DNA of 62,004 bases, the filler included, from Globobulimina sp. (lineage: Eukaryota): assembly GCA_003354225.1 (NCBI GenBank). It is 23 parts of 23 records of this genome, joined end to end, with 100 filler letters (N's around TTAATTAATTAA, not from the genome) between each part and the next. Parts side by side here need not be neighbours in the genome. Positions count along the whole stretch, not along the records: positions 59,407 to 62,004 come from PIVH01005806.1; 22 more parts are not named here. One strand, written 5' to 3'. Shown piece by piece: positions 59,407-62,004 of the stretch. Every line of letters begins with the position of its first letter. Position 1 is the stretch's first letter. Position numbers and translations under genes: made by a program. The notes beneath the pieces were generated by a model. The model was not told the origin of the DNA. It searched no databases and saw only the letters and a program-made list of their open reading frames with translations.

Positions 59407-60879
59407 TTGCAATTGACGGACACATAATAATTTGCTTCGAAATTCGGATCGGTCACAAAATGAGCACGTGGGCGTTTTTTCGCTTTTTTGTAATCGCGTT
59501 TATTTTGTTTGATATTTTTTTTCCTTCGCACAGTGCGTTTTGGTTTCGATTTTTTGCTGGCTTTTCTGCGCTTAGTTTGTGTCAACATTTTATTAAAATG
59601 CAACTTCCAATGTCCATGAATATTTTTTCTTTGCCCGGATGTCGATTCACATTTTTTGCCATTGACTATCACATCGCATTTATATGGTTTATCTTTTGTA
59701 TGTTTGGCGATATGTGACAGGAACACGGAGGGATCGGCAAATAAAGGCTTTTCGGGATCTACTTTGCAGCCAAAATCGCATTGTCGCCATGTTTTATTCG
59801 GGTCAGTTTCGTAATGTTGTCTCATATCATTGCAATATTTGTCGTAATGATCAAAGTGCTTTTTGCAAATATGACAATGCACTGAAACATGAAAACTACG
59901 TTCAAAATCTACATATTCCCCGCAATTAGAGACCAATGGTAGTTTTTTGTTGTTGTTATTCTTGTTATTTCCATTTTTATTGTCGTTTTTTTTATTTTTC
60001 TGTTCATTGTGCATTGATTCTTCGTTGGATGATTCATTGTCATTATCTGACATATAGTCGCTGTCAGTGTCACTGTCACTGCTTTCAATGCTTTTGGTCT
60101 TTTTTCTGAGGTTGTATTTATTGGCAATGACGTCCGGTGTGAAAGTATTGATTAATGCGTTGAATACAGATTGCGGCGTCTCGTCAGACCCATTGTATGA
60201 TGCTATTCTGTTTAGAACTTTATTTCTGTCATATCCCATCTCGTACAAACGATCCCTAATGCTATCATACGTATTGTCACTTGCGTCTGCTACAGTTGAT
60301 TTTGTCTGGATTTAGTTATATATTTTATACATATATAGGGATATTGATAATAAATGTACAGTAATTAACATTATTTGCAATTGCTTTCATTCGCGGTTTA
60401 TTTACAATGGATGCTTGTTGACCGAAATTGGGACGTCTTCGCTTATTATAATTATTTGATAACGTTGCTGTTGATGGCGAGTGCGGAGGTTTTGTATCGA
60501 CGCTGTTTGTATTTATATTGTTGTCATTATTGCCATGGTTTGTGATCTGAGTCAACTGTCCGCTGTAAACAATAAATGAATATATAAACATATCAAATAA
60601 TGCGTGAAGCTTGAAAATAAAACAGAGGCAACGCATATATTTTAACTGTAATTTATGAAATTGTGATTTCCATTTATTCGCTTCTTTTTTATGAATATTA
60701 ATTTCTTTCGTACATTCATCTGTTTCTTTGATTAATTTATTATTTTCTTCTTTTAATGTATCATTTTGTTGTTGTAATAATTTATTTGCTTCAAACAACG
60801 TATTGTATTTATTAAATTTCCTCCTCTTTTTTCGCTTTGGTTGATTGGTGCCATAATAGAATTTCCTTTTATTGTTCAT
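59407..60879 (-). CDS. C2H2 zinc-finger protein with N-terminal coiled coil (multi-exon, 3' truncated)
   Basis: CHICKKHF..MRQH, CDFGC...HIAKHTKDKPYKC, HWKLH; the upstream ORFs are probably linked by short introns. Confidence 0.7.
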
Positions 60880-61006
60880 TGCTTTGTAGTGATTCTTATT
60901 GTCTTTTACACGAGATCTGTGCTATAGATTATTGTATCAGCCATTGTGAAAAAGGGTTTTCGAGTCCCAACTATAGTTATCTTTAAATAGTTTGTTGAAA
61001 TAATCT

Positions 61007-61819
61007 TTAAAACGCACAGCAAAAACCAAAAAAGCATTTTTTAATGTCATTTGGAATGAATGCGATCCTGATCGACTTATACTGTCCTTCTCCTTCACAA
61101 AATATTCGACAATATCCATCAATCAATAAAGTGAAATTTTTAACATATAAACTTTTCAATTCATCTGGAATCATATCAATTGCATCTATTTTAATTGTAA
61201 ATCTTTTGTTTACCTCAGAAAACATATTATCAATTATAAATACATGATCTTTTGCTTTGATCATACGATAATTATAAAACCATGCAACAGTTTCATTTAA
61301 TTTAAACCATTTATTTGTAAATAATAAATCTAAGCACCAAATTGGTTGCACTTCATAAGTACTGTGGTGTCTGGTATTTGTAACCACTAAAATATAATCA
61401 AATAATGCATACTTACAACTCTTAATATTTGCCATTTGCATAGATGGTGGAAACGTTAATCCTTTATACCACTTCCATCCTTCATTTGTTTCTTCCATTT
61501 CATGAATATTAATAAACATTATTTTCCGGTTTGTTTCATCCTCAATAGATTTGTCGTACAACCCGTATATTGGTATTATTTGCGTTCGATATAATAAAAT
61601 AATATCTAATAAAGGTACGTAAACCATATTATATTGGTCAAAAAGGTCAATATGTACAAATGCGTCTTTTAGTGCACCTGATTTCACTTTAAACGTATCC
61701 CAACATTCTCCATCGTGGCATTTCACTAATTTACATTTTCTTGTTGAAACACCACGGTCATTGTCTTTTGGGTAATCATTTAAAACAAATTGATTAATTC
61801 CCATTGATGGAATATGCAT
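61007..61819 (-). CDS. Degenerate Kelch-like propeller protein with C-terminal LxxGYxR motif
   Basis: IWCLDL..NKWFKL and HVFII blade-like segments; tail LLIDGYCR...FIPNDIKKCFFGF. Confidence 0.55.
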   Translation of the reverse strand: MHIPSMGINQFVLNDYPKDNDRGVSTRKCKLVKCHDGECWDTFKVKSGALKDAFVHIDLFDQYNMVYVPLLDIILLYRTQIIPIYGLYDKSIEDETNRKIMFINIHEMEETNEGWKWYKGLTFPPSMQMANIKSCKYALFDYILVVTNTRHHSTYEVQPIWCLDLLFTNKWFKLNETVAWFYNYRMIKAKDHVFIIDNMFSEVNKRFTIKIDAIDMIPDELKSLYVKNFTLLIDGYCRIFCEGEGQYKSIRIAFIPNDIKKCFFGFCCAF

Positions 61820-62004
61820 AACACCATCGAATGTACGTATTGTTATGTTTTCCTATTTAACCTTGATTTTGCTCACATGTTACAAATAAGGAACAATTCA
61901 CAAATCTGAAAAGTTGATCATGAGCAAAATCTATATTAAAGGTTAAATAGGAAAACTATTTTATATTTTATTTCCGATGATAGATAAATTTGCCATTCGT
62001 TTCT

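Overview
This window is not a contiguous locus. It is 23 unrelated, size-sorted contigs of about 2.6 kb (2602 down to 2598 bp), joined by an artificial 100-bp spacer (N44-TTAATTAATTAA-N44, stops in all six frames), so adjacency across spacers carries no information. The DNA is from an AT-rich, gene-dense eukaryote with mostly short (about 55-110 nt) GT-AG introns. The divergent actin, 7TM-RGS receptors and expanded ADP-ribosyltransferase(ART)-like genes suggest a foraminiferan or other rhizarian protist (inference). Recognisable genes: two RCC1-repeat proteins, a Dbf4-like protein (visible only after splicing), kinesin, actin, GH27 alpha-galactosidase, SAM and HAD proteins, an RFWD3-like E3 ligase, sarcosine dehydrogenase, a Canopy-like protein, a class C GPCR, two 7TM-RGS genes, an AGC pseudokinase, a listerin-like protein, a MAPK phosphatase, DsbA/FrnE, and C2H2 and Kelch-like proteins. 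Best leads: (1) contig 29714-32313 has an exact 119-bp terminal overlap, so it is a 2481-bp circle or repeat-array unit, with two ~240-bp conserved blocks nearly opposite each other separating unrelated ~1-kb variable regions; (2) two divergent H-S-E ART-like genes, one fused to a WWE domain; (3) a giant-virus-like segment (MSV199 protein plus HNH nuclease with an AAAATTGA motif) in which one gene appears to carry a spliceosomal intron; (4) a 1.46-kb foldback element and a 110-bp Tourist-like MITE; (5) a short L-x-x-G-Y-x-R...P-x-D-I motif reused on RCC1, kinase and Kelch proteins. All family assignments are by-eye motif recognition; no database search was run.
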